Positions 9,701 through 18,481 of a DNA stretch of 41,562 nucleotides are shown here, piece by piece (position 1 is the stretch's first letter; every line of letters starts with the position of its first letter). Origin of the DNA: a virus (Duplodnaviria > Caudoviricetes); the IMG/VR virus record IMGVR_UViG_3300027772_000058, positions 1 to 41,562 of that record; one strand, 5' to 3'. Under the pieces are notes generated by a model. That model did not search any database. It saw nothing but the letters and a program-made list of their open reading frames with translations, and was not told the origin of the DNA. The position numbers and the translations under genes were made by a program.

Positions 9701-12700
9701 AATGCTCCACCATCACCACCACGACGATCTGCGCTAAAATTTTGACTACCAGTAACAACTGCATCACCAATCCATTGAGTTTTCCAAGCACCCCAAACAC
9801 TACCTAACACTCCATCTTTTTGGGCTTGCGCTTGTATAGAATTATAATTACCTTCTACCTGTTGAATAATATCAGGCATTCTAGCAGTTTCAAACCAATC
9901 ATCGGTTGGAGGATTTAATTGAACATTGCCAAGGAAAGTAAAGATAGCGAATGGGTTAATATTCTCAAGACGAGATGCGTATACTTGTGTAACTATTGGA
10001 GTTGTAGTATATGGTAATGTAATGATATCACCAGTCAACTTATAGTTTGCAGCTGTACGAGCAGAGTCGTTTGAGTATTTTTCCAGTAGATTTGCATTAT
10101 ATACTGTATAGAATGGGCGAAGAGTATTTTCTTTCATGTCAATAGCACAGAAATAATCTTCAGAACCAACATTACCTAATTTATTCCCTGCAAAATTATC
10201 AACAACGAAACCATTCTTCATTCTATCTAAACCAGAACTATCTTTGATAGACAGAGATTGAGTTTCTTGCTCAAGCATACTTAGAGCAGTATAATATTCT
10301 AGAGTATTGATACGCTTATCTAAAACACCGATATCACGCATGGTGTATCTTTTATTATCAACCTTAAAAGAAACAACATTAGATTGTGTTGCATTAAATG
10401 TATATGCACTTAAATCTAGAGTATAAAGGACCATGCCCAAAGATGGGCTTGCTGGGTATCCTGGAGTTAGAGATGAGACACCAGGAATATTAAAAATTAA
10501 ACCATTGTAGTCAATAGCAATTTTATCGTTTCTTGGTAGATAGTAACTATAATCAGCAGTAACCGCTTGACCACGTTTCGGCACGCCAGAAACAATAGCA
10601 CCAGTACCAATAAAGTTTTTAGCACCGACAGATTTATTTGCCACACGTGGGCGAAAATCTAATGCATCTCTTAAAACTGGTGGTATATCTTTATAGTCAA
10701 TACCGCTATATGAGTTAACATTAAAGTAATCTCCAGCCCCATGTTCAAAGTATTGATATGTTACTCTAATTGGGTTTGATGGAGCAGCATAAGATGGTTT
10801 TAATGTTAGCGTTGCCAAATCATAGTGAGTAGATCTTGAACCACTATCAACATCGTAACGATCTGAAATATCAACAGTATATTGATTGCTTGTTGGGGTA
10901 CTACCAAAAGCAACACTTGGAGCCATTGTAATACTTACGATCCTAAACAAATCTGCTTTATCTAGGGAAATAACATTTGCTTGCGCAGCTACAGCTGTAG
11001 TAAACGATTCAAAAGTGTTTGTTAAGGTTTTAGTTTTCTCGAAGCCAGAACCATTACGAATAACTGTTGCAATAACAGAAATTGAACGACCAGATTGAGC
11101 AGAAGGAACAGTAATACTACAAGTTGATCCAGAAGGATTGATTGCAACTGGAGTAATAATAGTACCACCTGCTGCAGCATCATTATCAATAACAATATAA
11201 TTAGTAGGTTCTGCAGTTGGAGCGAAAGTTCCTGACGTACTTAAAGTCAGTGCCACGCCAGTAGCAGTTTGGGTAAACTTCTGTTGAACATAGAAAGTTG
11301 TATTATTAGTACCACCGCTGCCAGCAGTTCTCATAGAACGGATTGCTTGATATGGCAGTGGGAAAATTAATGATTGTTTCTGTGGTTCAAGAATCTCAGT
11401 TGTACACTTAGCAATTGTTGCACCAGTAACTGTAATAGTTGCATCAACAGTAATAGTACCTTGAGCAGATACTGCTGTTACTTTACGGAAAGATCCAGCA
11501 CTACCACCAATAAGAACTAAATCATTAACTTGTAAATCTGTTAAGAAAGATGTGCCATTACCAGTAACTGTTGTTGAAGAAGCAGTTACCGAACCATCTA
11601 ATTGATCAACTACTGGGCTAATATCAGCAGTAAAGTTTAAGTTGGAATCAGAAAGTGCTGTATACGCGAAACCTTTAACATCAGCGTTAAAAGAATATCC
11701 TGGATTCATTTGAACCTCAAACAAACCAAGTTTATAAATTGCAGAGTAACCAAACGGTAAACCATTATGCCATTCTATAAAGCGTGCACGAGCGTAGCCA
11801 ACAATAGTTCCTTGAGGAGATCCTCGATTTGTAGAACCAGTTATGTTGTTATATAATGTAATCTGCGCAAGACTATCAACTGGAGGTAAATTGTTTACGT
11901 TTGTAACTAATACATAATTACCAACAGTAGTATCAACAACTGAAGCAGTAGCCTGAACGAAGTCGCGTGCTTTAGGCACAGGGATATATGTTATTGCAGT
12001 TTTCTCAATTTCATAACCACGAACATACGCTTTGCCCGATTCAATACCAATAGCAAGTTTTGATTCATCCCCATTAATATTAATACCACGATTGTATACT
12101 GGTTTTATTTCATACTGCCAGTTAACACCAGTAGCACCTGGACCATCGAATGCAGATGAAGATGTATGCGTCGGAGGAGTTGTAATTGATGTTGCTGAAT
12201 TTAAAGCAACATAAGTGTAACCACCGTATGAAACGATATCACCAATTAAGAATGCAGTATTAGAAGTCCACGTCCCACGATTATTGTTACGATGTTCACG
12301 AATATCAATACCAAAACCATTAACAGTATAGTCACCAGACTCATCGAATGTACGACGTGCCAGCTCATCGCCAAGAAAAGAATAATCAGTTTTTTCAACG
12401 ATAGTCTTAATTTCACCATTTGTTACACGAATCAATTCTACAAAATTTGAATCTGATACTGAATCAATTGCAAGTTTCTTCAAAGTTAAATCAATATAAT
12501 AACGATGAGCACCTGGAGCAGCATAGTTAAAACTATTTTGCGCATTATCAAGTAGAGTTTCATCTTCTTCTGGAGTAACAATCTCTTCAGAGACGTTAAG
12601 ACCAATACGATATGTTGGTGATGCAGTATATTTGTCAAGAACGATAGTTTGTGTGTCAACTAAACAGAAATTACCATTAATATAATAAACACCAGAATTA

Positions 12701-13227
12701 ACAGTTGCTGTTGAACCCTTACCGATAGAGTCATTTGCAGAACCAACTTGAACAGAATATATACTATCTTCAGTAATTAGAACTTCATTAACAGCAAAAG
12801 TTTTAGTTGTTTTATCTGTACCAGATTGTTGGTAGTTTAAATATAGTGTAGTTGGATCACTGGCTTCTGCGCTTTGAGTAAGAACTACTGTGGCTTTTAC
12901 ACCAGTAGTCTGGCCAATTAAAGTTTTACCAAGTAAATTTGTGCGGAATGTTTCGACAGCAACACCATTATACAAGGAGATTAGTTTTACGTAATCAGCA
13001 CCCTTTCCAGGTTGTGTAATAGTCTGGATTGATGCTTGCCCAGGGATAACCATGGCACCTTGTTTAAAGATCGCATCACCATGGCGCTTAATTTGATTCT
13101 GCAGAATACTCTGCATTTGAGTTAGTTCGCGAGCCTGAACCGCAAATGAAGGGCGATAAAGAATACGGTAAAACTTTTTAGTTTCGTCGTAGTCGTCGTT
13201 ATACGGTTCGGTATTGAAATCTAGCAT
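6781..13227 (-). CDS. Large virion structural protein, VrlC/DUF4815-like (2148 aa)
   Basis: FNTEPYNDDYDETKKFYRILYRPSFAVQARELTQMQSILQNQI N-terminus, NYAAPGAHRY, LARRTFDESGDY, DPLAQSF. Confidence 0.88.
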   Translation of the reverse strand: MLDFNTEPYNDDYDETKKFYRILYRPSFAVQARELTQMQSILQNQIKRHGDAIFKQGAMVIPGQASIQTITQPGKGADYVKLISLYNGVAVETFRTNLLGKTLIGQTTGVKATVVLTQSAEASDPTTLYLNYQQSGTDKTTKTFAVNEVLITEDSIYSVQVGSANDSIGKGSTATVNSGVYYINGNFCLVDTQTIVLDKYTASPTYRIGLNVSEEIVTPEEDETLLDNAQNSFNYAAPGAHRYYIDLTLKKLAIDSVSDSNFVELIRVTNGEIKTIVEKTDYSFLGDELARRTFDESGDYTVNGFGIDIREHRNNNRGTWTSNTAFLIGDIVSYGGYTYVALNSATSITTPPTHTSSSAFDGPGATGVNWQYEIKPVYNRGININGDESKLAIGIESGKAYVRGYEIEKTAITYIPVPKARDFVQATASVVDTTVGNYVLVTNVNNLPPVDSLAQITLYNNITGSTNRGSPQGTIVGYARARFIEWHNGLPFGYSAIYKLGLFEVQMNPGYSFNADVKGFAYTALSDSNLNFTADISPVVDQLDGSVTASSTTVTGNGTSFLTDLQVNDLVLIGGSAGSFRKVTAVSAQGTITVDATITVTGATIAKCTTEILEPQKQSLIFPLPYQAIRSMRTAGSGGTNNTTFYVQQKFTQTATGVALTLSTSGTFAPTAEPTNYIVIDNDAAAGGTIITPVAINPSGSTCSITVPSAQSGRSISVIATVIRNGSGFEKTKTLTNTFESFTTAVAAQANVISLDKADLFRIVSITMAPSVAFGSTPTSNQYTVDISDRYDVDSGSRSTHYDLATLTLKPSYAAPSNPIRVTYQYFEHGAGDYFNVNSYSGIDYKDIPPVLRDALDFRPRVANKSVGAKNFIGTGAIVSGVPKRGQAVTADYSYYLPRNDKIAIDYNGLIFNIPGVSSLTPGYPASPSLGMVLYTLDLSAYTFNATQSNVVSFKVDNKRYTMRDIGVLDKRINTLEYYTALSMLEQETQSLSIKDSSGLDRMKNGFVVDNFAGNKLGNVGSEDYFCAIDMKENTLRPFYTVYNANLLEKYSNDSARTAANYKLTGDIITLPYTTTPIVTQVYASRLENINPFAIFTFLGNVQLNPPTDDWFETARMPDIIQQVEGNYNSIQAQAQKDGVLGSVWGAWKTQWIGDAVVTGSQNFSADRRGGDGGAFLDATFGLGPAAAGWAARTVTADIVATTVGQSRTGVSTKIELKTDYEQVDDRTVSTTVIPYIRSRNILVQAYKLKPSTRFYPYFDGIDVSSYCTAAQKLVYTPTSGTFNSKVNVGGQGSATARRIEGDSQVCLNTGDVITNNAGTATAVVVNVYLDENDAYCLSVVNVKGTFANGQTISGSNSSAQGTVVSITPQSTLVTNAAGELEFLFNIPETDAIRFRTGTREFKLVDVTTYNGDYTSRGITNYVADGTLITKQATVNAVRNAILVQEEITSEQTIFDTTYRVTSDTGWYDPLAQSFLIQQKGGAFLTSIDVFFATKDDNLPVTLQVREMVNGTPGKNILAFSTVTLRSEEVNLSANFVTMPDGTSKRSYDTATTFTFESPVYVQDNTEYCFVLQSDSNNYNVWISYMGDQIPGSGRSISVQPYAGVMFKSQNASTWTADDNADIKFTIKRAVFNTSVIGDVEFVNDVVPYDTLDTDPFQTTSGSTTVRVWHYDHGMPTGSTVDISAVNCNDLGTGTITASTSSTTVTGSGTAFTTQLAVGASLYNSADVLIGSVASIASNTSLTLTANSGVVAAAGSTFQYVSPINGIPAIQIFTTKIIGNVDPDSYTFTVSTAATTSGYTGGTFVKASRNIQYDIITPSVQMQTFSDTATTFNIKTTSGKSVDGSQSSYVGDSGFSPALNKENNYFYTPRMIASETNENLSLAGAKSVTFSAQMKTTNDSVSPVIDTTRTSLIAISNKLNKPTESNVNVSALDNITSFTHATGAFTFVSGGTITSTVAGVRTAMAGIGIGKFVTISGATSGGNNGTFLVTAFSDNGTTGTLTLNTTFTGEASVSGTTITARILFADEIAPIGSTSQSKYVTTPVKFANASTYLRVMLAANIPAEADVSVYYKTCTGDSAQLDNTKYTLMTADGVVTKVDNGNPTFSDIAYTLTGMPSFDTIVVKIVMNSTNTSAVPIIKDFRIIACVK

Positions 13228-13252
13228 TCTTTTACTCTTTAAGTTATTTGTT

Positions 13253-13260
13253 TATTTATG
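13253..13260 (-). promoter_or_regulatory. Late promoter CATAAATA
   Basis: Intergenic, 25 nt upstream of the ATG at 13227. Confidence 0.65.
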
Positions 13261-16077
13261 TTAAAAGTTTATAACAGTTCTTAGAGTCACGTTTTGATCA
13301 GCAGTAGGAGTAAACGCTACTTTGTTATCTATGAATAGTAAGTGTCCTGAATATTTATCTGCTGTTGGAGCTGTTACACCTGATGCAGAGAAAGTATTTC
13401 CTGCAGCATTAACAAATGTATTACCAACTGCGGGAACTACATTATCAATAGATTGTAATAGAACTCCCGTACTTGTCAAAGCAACAATTCTAAATAATGG
13501 TCCAGTTGCAGAACCTAAGTTTACTTGCATATCTTGAGCGAAGTTATTAATATCAATAGTCCCAGCAATAACGTAGCAAGCAGACGCTAAACTAGAAGCC
13601 AAGTTACCAAATGCTCCAAATTTTCTTGGGTTTTTAATAAGTCCAAGTTGACGGAAGTCATTGTTTACAGTAAATCCTTGGTTAGCGTCCTTTGAGATGT
13701 TGCTGTAGAACATTAATTTCTTGGCAAACATACCAGTAATAGGATCTTTGCCGTGGCCACCGTATGGAGCCATTATAGCACGAGCAACAGCACCTTGGCC
13801 ACCACCTTGATTAAACGCTACGTTAGCATAACGATATCCAAGACCATAGTTTAAAACTTCAATCTTATTTACTCTACCATTCACCACTCGAGCCATTGCA
13901 GAAGCACCAGTTCCGTCACCAGTAATAGTAATAGGAAAATCTGCGCCATAACCATAACCGCCAGAGATAACTGGGTAAGCCATAACACGACCATCAGGTG
14001 TCAACAATTCAGTGTTCGCTTGAAGCGTATTAATATCACCTGGAGACAAATCTGCAGTTAACTGAGCCAAAGTACCATTACCAGTTACAGTTAAGTTAGC
14101 GTATGTGTAGCCAATACCACCATCATCAATCTGAACAGATCTAATTTGACCATCAGTAATTAATGGAATAAGTTTAGCTGTGGATTGAACACCAACGAAA
14201 TAAGCAGTGGCACCATTACCAGCAGAAACTGGAGTAATTGTGGCAGTTGGTAAAGTAGAATATCCTGCACCGTATTTTAAGTTAGCAGTACCAGTTGCAG
14301 TTGATCCAGCATATTTTAATGTTGCAGTACCATTGGTAGCAGTTTGTAAAACTGGAGTACCAAGAATCAATCCTGTTCCACCACCGCCAGTGAATGTAAT
14401 TGTCGGTGGATTAATATAACCAGTACCACCGCCAGAAACTGTGATTGCAGTAATTACACCAGCAGAAAACACTGCAGTAACTACCGCATTACTTCCACCC
14501 GTAACATCAGGTGCACTTACTGTAAATGCAGGAGACGAAGTATAACCAGTACCGCCATTTGTTACAGGAACAGAAGTAACAGCACCAGTAATAGTTGGAG
14601 CAACAGAAGCGTGAGTAGTTCCAGATACAGTTACTGTGTAAAGTCTATTTGAGAAAAAGATTTGTTGACCAACAGTTACTGCAGTACTTGCAGTCCATTG
14701 AGTTCCAAAAGTTAGAGTTGGAACTGATGTATAAGAATCCCCTGAGTTGGAAACAAATACTCGCGATACCGAAGTACCATTCATAATCGCTTGACCAACG
14801 AAACCACTACCACCGCCACCAGTCATAGTCAGAGTTGGAGCAGAAGAATATCCAATACCACCGCTGGTTATTGTAATATCTAAAATAGAACCATTTAGTG
14901 TATAACCTGTAACTACACCACTTGTAACAGTTAGTGTACCAGTTGCTCTAGTGCCAATATATTTTAATCCAGCAGTACCATTTGCAACAATACCTGATTT
15001 ATGACTAGGTCCAGGAGTAGCAGTAGTTCCTGAAACTGTACACTCATACATATTATTTAAATATTCTACTTTCTGACCAAGGAGAATGCCAACACCAGCA
15101 ACCCAAGTATTGGCTCCATTAAATGGAGGAGCAACAGTTAAAGTAGCACCAGAAGTATAACCAGTACCGCCTGCAGAAATTGTTAGTGCATTTAATAACA
15201 ATGGATCAGATGCTCTAAATCCATCGCCTGCAACTGTAATGTTTGCGAAACTATAATTCTGGCCAGCGTTGTCAATTTTAATATTTAAAATCTCACCACC
15301 AGAATAAAACTGTGAACGAATAGAGTTAACGACTGGCATATATACGTCAGTCAAGAATTTATTACGCAGAGCAATTGGAATACTGTACAAGTATTTCCAC
15401 ATATATCCATCAGGCATAATAACTGGATCTACAACAGTACCAACTGGTTTATAAGTTGAAATTGCGTTATTGTTATTATCAAGAACTTTGTATACGTTAA
15501 AATCATCAGTAATAGCGTAACAATTTGTATCTTCCAAACGCTGTGCGCCAGAAGGAGCAATATTAACAACTGCAGTTGCAGTAGCAGCTGATCCACCACC
15601 ACCAGAGATAGTAACAGTTGGAATAGCGGTGTAACCTGTACCACGAGAGTTTAGCGTAATGCCAATAATACTACCATTACTAAGAACAGCTGACGCTGAC
15701 GCACCAGTTCCACCACCACCAGTAATAGTAATAGTTGGTATTGAAGAATAACCAAATCCACCCGCAATTAAATTAATACCTTGCACTTCTGTGGAATATT
15801 GATCATCATACATATCCCAAACTTGACCAGTGACCCAGTCTACTCTAGGAATTACGAAAGCCACATCGGTTGAGTTAAGTTCTTTTAAAGTAATAATTTC
15901 ATTACGAGATTGCAATTCGTAATTGAAACTATCGATTGGATATGGAGGATTAGTCTCATCTGTCCAATTAATAGTTTTACCTAAAAAGTAGTAATAACGT
16001 GCACTACGATTCTGGATTTCATTATATACTGCGTTAGCAATAGAGTTGCTTAACGGAGATTTTAGTAATGATGACAT
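13261..16077 (-). CDS. gp8: Baseplate wedge protein gp8-like, expanded with repeats (938 aa)
   Basis: YYYFLGK..W, FVIPRVDWVTGQVWDMYDD, VYKVLDNN, DGYMWKYLYSI, PYGGHGKDP, NDFRQLGLIKNP, YSGHLLFIDN; many GxGYxxxPT repeats. Confidence 0.8.
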   Translation of the reverse strand: MSSLLKSPLSNSIANAVYNEIQNRSARYYYFLGKTINWTDETNPPYPIDSFNYELQSRNEIITLKELNSTDVAFVIPRVDWVTGQVWDMYDDQYSTEVQGINLIAGGFGYSSIPTITITGGGGTGASASAVLSNGSIIGITLNSRGTGYTAIPTVTISGGGGSAATATAVVNIAPSGAQRLEDTNCYAITDDFNVYKVLDNNNNAISTYKPVGTVVDPVIMPDGYMWKYLYSIPIALRNKFLTDVYMPVVNSIRSQFYSGGEILNIKIDNAGQNYSFANITVAGDGFRASDPLLLNALTISAGGTGYTSGATLTVAPPFNGANTWVAGVGILLGQKVEYLNNMYECTVSGTTATPGPSHKSGIVANGTAGLKYIGTRATGTLTVTSGVVTGYTLNGSILDITITSGGIGYSSAPTLTMTGGGGSGFVGQAIMNGTSVSRVFVSNSGDSYTSVPTLTFGTQWTASTAVTVGQQIFFSNRLYTVTVSGTTHASVAPTITGAVTSVPVTNGGTGYTSSPAFTVSAPDVTGGSNAVVTAVFSAGVITAITVSGGGTGYINPPTITFTGGGGTGLILGTPVLQTATNGTATLKYAGSTATGTANLKYGAGYSTLPTATITPVSAGNGATAYFVGVQSTAKLIPLITDGQIRSVQIDDGGIGYTYANLTVTGNGTLAQLTADLSPGDINTLQANTELLTPDGRVMAYPVISGGYGYGADFPITITGDGTGASAMARVVNGRVNKIEVLNYGLGYRYANVAFNQGGGQGAVARAIMAPYGGHGKDPITGMFAKKLMFYSNISKDANQGFTVNNDFRQLGLIKNPRKFGAFGNLASSLASACYVIAGTIDINNFAQDMQVNLGSATGPLFRIVALTSTGVLLQSIDNVVPAVGNTFVNAAGNTFSASGVTAPTADKYSGHLLFIDNKVAFTPTADQNVTLRTVINF

Positions 16078-16089
16078 TTAGATTTCCAA

Positions 16090-16533
16090 TTAGCTGATTG
16101 TAACTACCCATGTAACAGCGATAGAATCACCAGCTGCTTTGTTAACTACAGGGAAGGTTGTGCGACATAGCATAGTACCAACAGATGCTGCGTTTAAAAC
16201 TGCAGCTTCAGTAATAGCACCCGTACCAGTACCAGCTGGGAATGTAGCAGTATAAGTGATAGCATTAGCAGAGTTAGAACCAGAAGCCAAAGTAACACGA
16301 CCAGCCTCAGTACCCAATGTAGTATCTGACGCTCCAGGTGTTGCAGTACCAGTACCAATAGCCATATGTGACATAATACCTGAAGAAGTTCCTACCATAC
16401 GAGAAGCAATGTATGTTTTACCAGCAGAAACTACTAAGTTTTTTGCTTTACGGATTTCTTTAATATTGCCATCTGGTCCACGAACAACTATCTCAAGTTC
16501 GCCAGTTGGTTTGAATGTATCGTTTAAGTTCAT
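16090..16533 (-). CDS. Small tail/baseplate structural protein (147 aa)
   Basis: KNLVVSAGK..IASRM...MAIGTG...TTLGTEAGR...ATFPAGTGTGAITEAAV...CRTTFPVVNK, resembling fibre-attachment N-terminal domains. AAGGAG RBS. Confidence 0.75.
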   Translation of the reverse strand: MNLNDTFKPTGELEIVVRGPDGNIKEIRKAKNLVVSAGKTYIASRMVGTSSGIMSHMAIGTGTATPGASDTTLGTEAGRVTLASGSNSANAITYTATFPAGTGTGAITEAAVLNAASVGTMLCRTTFPVVNKAAGDSIAVTWVVTIS

Positions 16534-16546
16534 AATATCTCCTTAA

Positions 16547-18481
16547 TTAGAAAGTTGTAGGGGTTCCAACATATGAACCACCGTCATTTAAAAAGTAACC
16601 AGCATCAACATATGGGTTAAATAATATCAATCCACCTGAATCTGTTGGTAAAACTGTAGAATTTTCAGTTGGACCTGCTAGAGTAGCATGGGTTCCAAGA
16701 GGTTTAGTTGAAGTAAAGAATGGTAATGTTCTATTTAGTAATGTTCCAGTAAAGTCATTAGTACCTACTGTATCAACGTCAAGGGTTACCCCATTATTTA
16801 AATAATGATTATAAACTTGTGAATTAAGAATTTTAGTTATATTCTTAATCTCTAGATTATTACCTGATACTGCTGAATCTGATACTGTAATAGAAAGAAT
16901 CTTAATTAGAGATTCAATAGCAGTCTGAATTGTAAATTCATTACGTAAATCATACTCACCAAAAACTGCCATACCAGCAGGGTGAATTAAATTCTTAACA
17001 ATAGTTTTATATGTATTTAAAGATTGGTCAATCTTAATAACATACGAAAATGCTTGGTAATAATTACTATCTTGGATGTAAATCGCATCATCTAAGAATC
17101 CGTCATTATTAACATAATACCCTGGATATTTAGCAAGTGGACCAAGGGATACTTTAATAATGGCAGGAGTTGTAGTAGTTGCAACCGAGTTAGCAGAACT
17201 AATACCAAACTCACGAATAGTTAAACCAGCATATGTTCCATCAAGGGCTGCTGGTCGCAAATTAGCAACAGATGTTAGTGAACTAGATGTAGTTCCTGCA
17301 AAATTAGAAACAAGAGTTAAACTTGTATTACTTGCAACACTTAAAACTTTACATTGAACATTATTCAGTGTTATAAGATCGCCGAACTCAACTTGAGTAG
17401 TAAATAATGTTCCAACGCCAGTAACAGTTGCGCTACCATTAGTTGCAGTAAGTGTTCCAGTTAGAACTGAACTTACCGCTAAGTTATAATCAGCAGTATT
17501 AAGTGATCCGCTTTCTGCGAAACCATATGTACTTTCCGTAATACCCAAAGCAACAGATTTATTAGCAGGTGCCAAGAAACTGTCAACACGAGAAATAAGA
17601 ACACCTTCTGTTGAAGCGTTGTCTTGACCTTGCTGTGAAATAATTGAAGATGAAAAATCTGTAGTATATCCAGTTCCATATTTAATGAATTGCGCCAGAG
17701 CAATACCACCAGTGGAATTTACCTCGGAAACTTTCATAATACTTCCGTAACCTTGGAAGTTATTAATATTGTAAAGGTCGCCTACTTTAAATCCAGTTCC
17801 AGGTGCTTCAACTATTAATGAAGATGTTGTTGGTAAAATTAATCCATTGAACACCAAATTATTATTGTTGTCAAGATAACGTAAAGTATCACCAACAGAA
17901 ATTACACCAAAGAAACGACGATCTATAATAAACTCATAAACATCATCAGAGATTCTAATTGCACGATCTACTTCAACCTCAACGTATTGACGACGATCTA
18001 CAAGAACACGAACTACCTTAGTTTGAGTAACAACATCTACTAATTTACCAACAATATCTTGTGGATTACCAATAAGAATTTTTACGAAAATCGAAACGTC
18101 TTGATTCCATTTACCATCAGAAGCACGTAGCATCTGAGTAGATGGATATTGAAGTGTAATATCTTTATTGAATAAAATTCTAAACAGAAGTTTATATGAC
18201 GCTTCACTACCTTTTGCAAGGTAAAGATCTTTAATTCTTGATATTAAGAATCGCTCATCAACAGTTGAATATGGTATCTTTTGCGCTAGTTCATCTTTGA
18301 AGTACGTAATGAATGCATCAAGAGTGGTATCAATATCTCTTAATGTTGTAGGATCTTTCTGCGTTGTTTCTAAAAATTCGTAGTATGCTTTTAGAAAATC
18401 AACGAATGTCTGATACTCATCCCTGATAAATTCAGGTAGCTGTGATGCTACTATGGACGAGACTTTAGGTCTTGTAATCAT
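16547..18481 (-). CDS. gp7: Baseplate wedge protein, gp7-like (644 aa)
   Basis: VASQLPEFIRDEYQTFVDFLKAYYEFLE, DLYLAKGSEASYKLLFRILF, IQDSNYYQAFSYVIK, HPAGMAVFGE; lies between gp6 and gp8. Confidence 0.7.
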   Translation of the reverse strand: MITRPKVSSIVASQLPEFIRDEYQTFVDFLKAYYEFLETTQKDPTTLRDIDTTLDAFITYFKDELAQKIPYSTVDERFLISRIKDLYLAKGSEASYKLLFRILFNKDITLQYPSTQMLRASDGKWNQDVSIFVKILIGNPQDIVGKLVDVVTQTKVVRVLVDRRQYVEVEVDRAIRISDDVYEFIIDRRFFGVISVGDTLRYLDNNNNLVFNGLILPTTSSLIVEAPGTGFKVGDLYNINNFQGYGSIMKVSEVNSTGGIALAQFIKYGTGYTTDFSSSIISQQGQDNASTEGVLISRVDSFLAPANKSVALGITESTYGFAESGSLNTADYNLAVSSVLTGTLTATNGSATVTGVGTLFTTQVEFGDLITLNNVQCKVLSVASNTSLTLVSNFAGTTSSSLTSVANLRPAALDGTYAGLTIREFGISSANSVATTTTPAIIKVSLGPLAKYPGYYVNNDGFLDDAIYIQDSNYYQAFSYVIKIDQSLNTYKTIVKNLIHPAGMAVFGEYDLRNEFTIQTAIESLIKILSITVSDSAVSGNNLEIKNITKILNSQVYNHYLNNGVTLDVDTVGTNDFTGTLLNRTLPFFTSTKPLGTHATLAGPTENSTVLPTDSGGLILFNPYVDAGYFLNDGGSYVGTPTTF

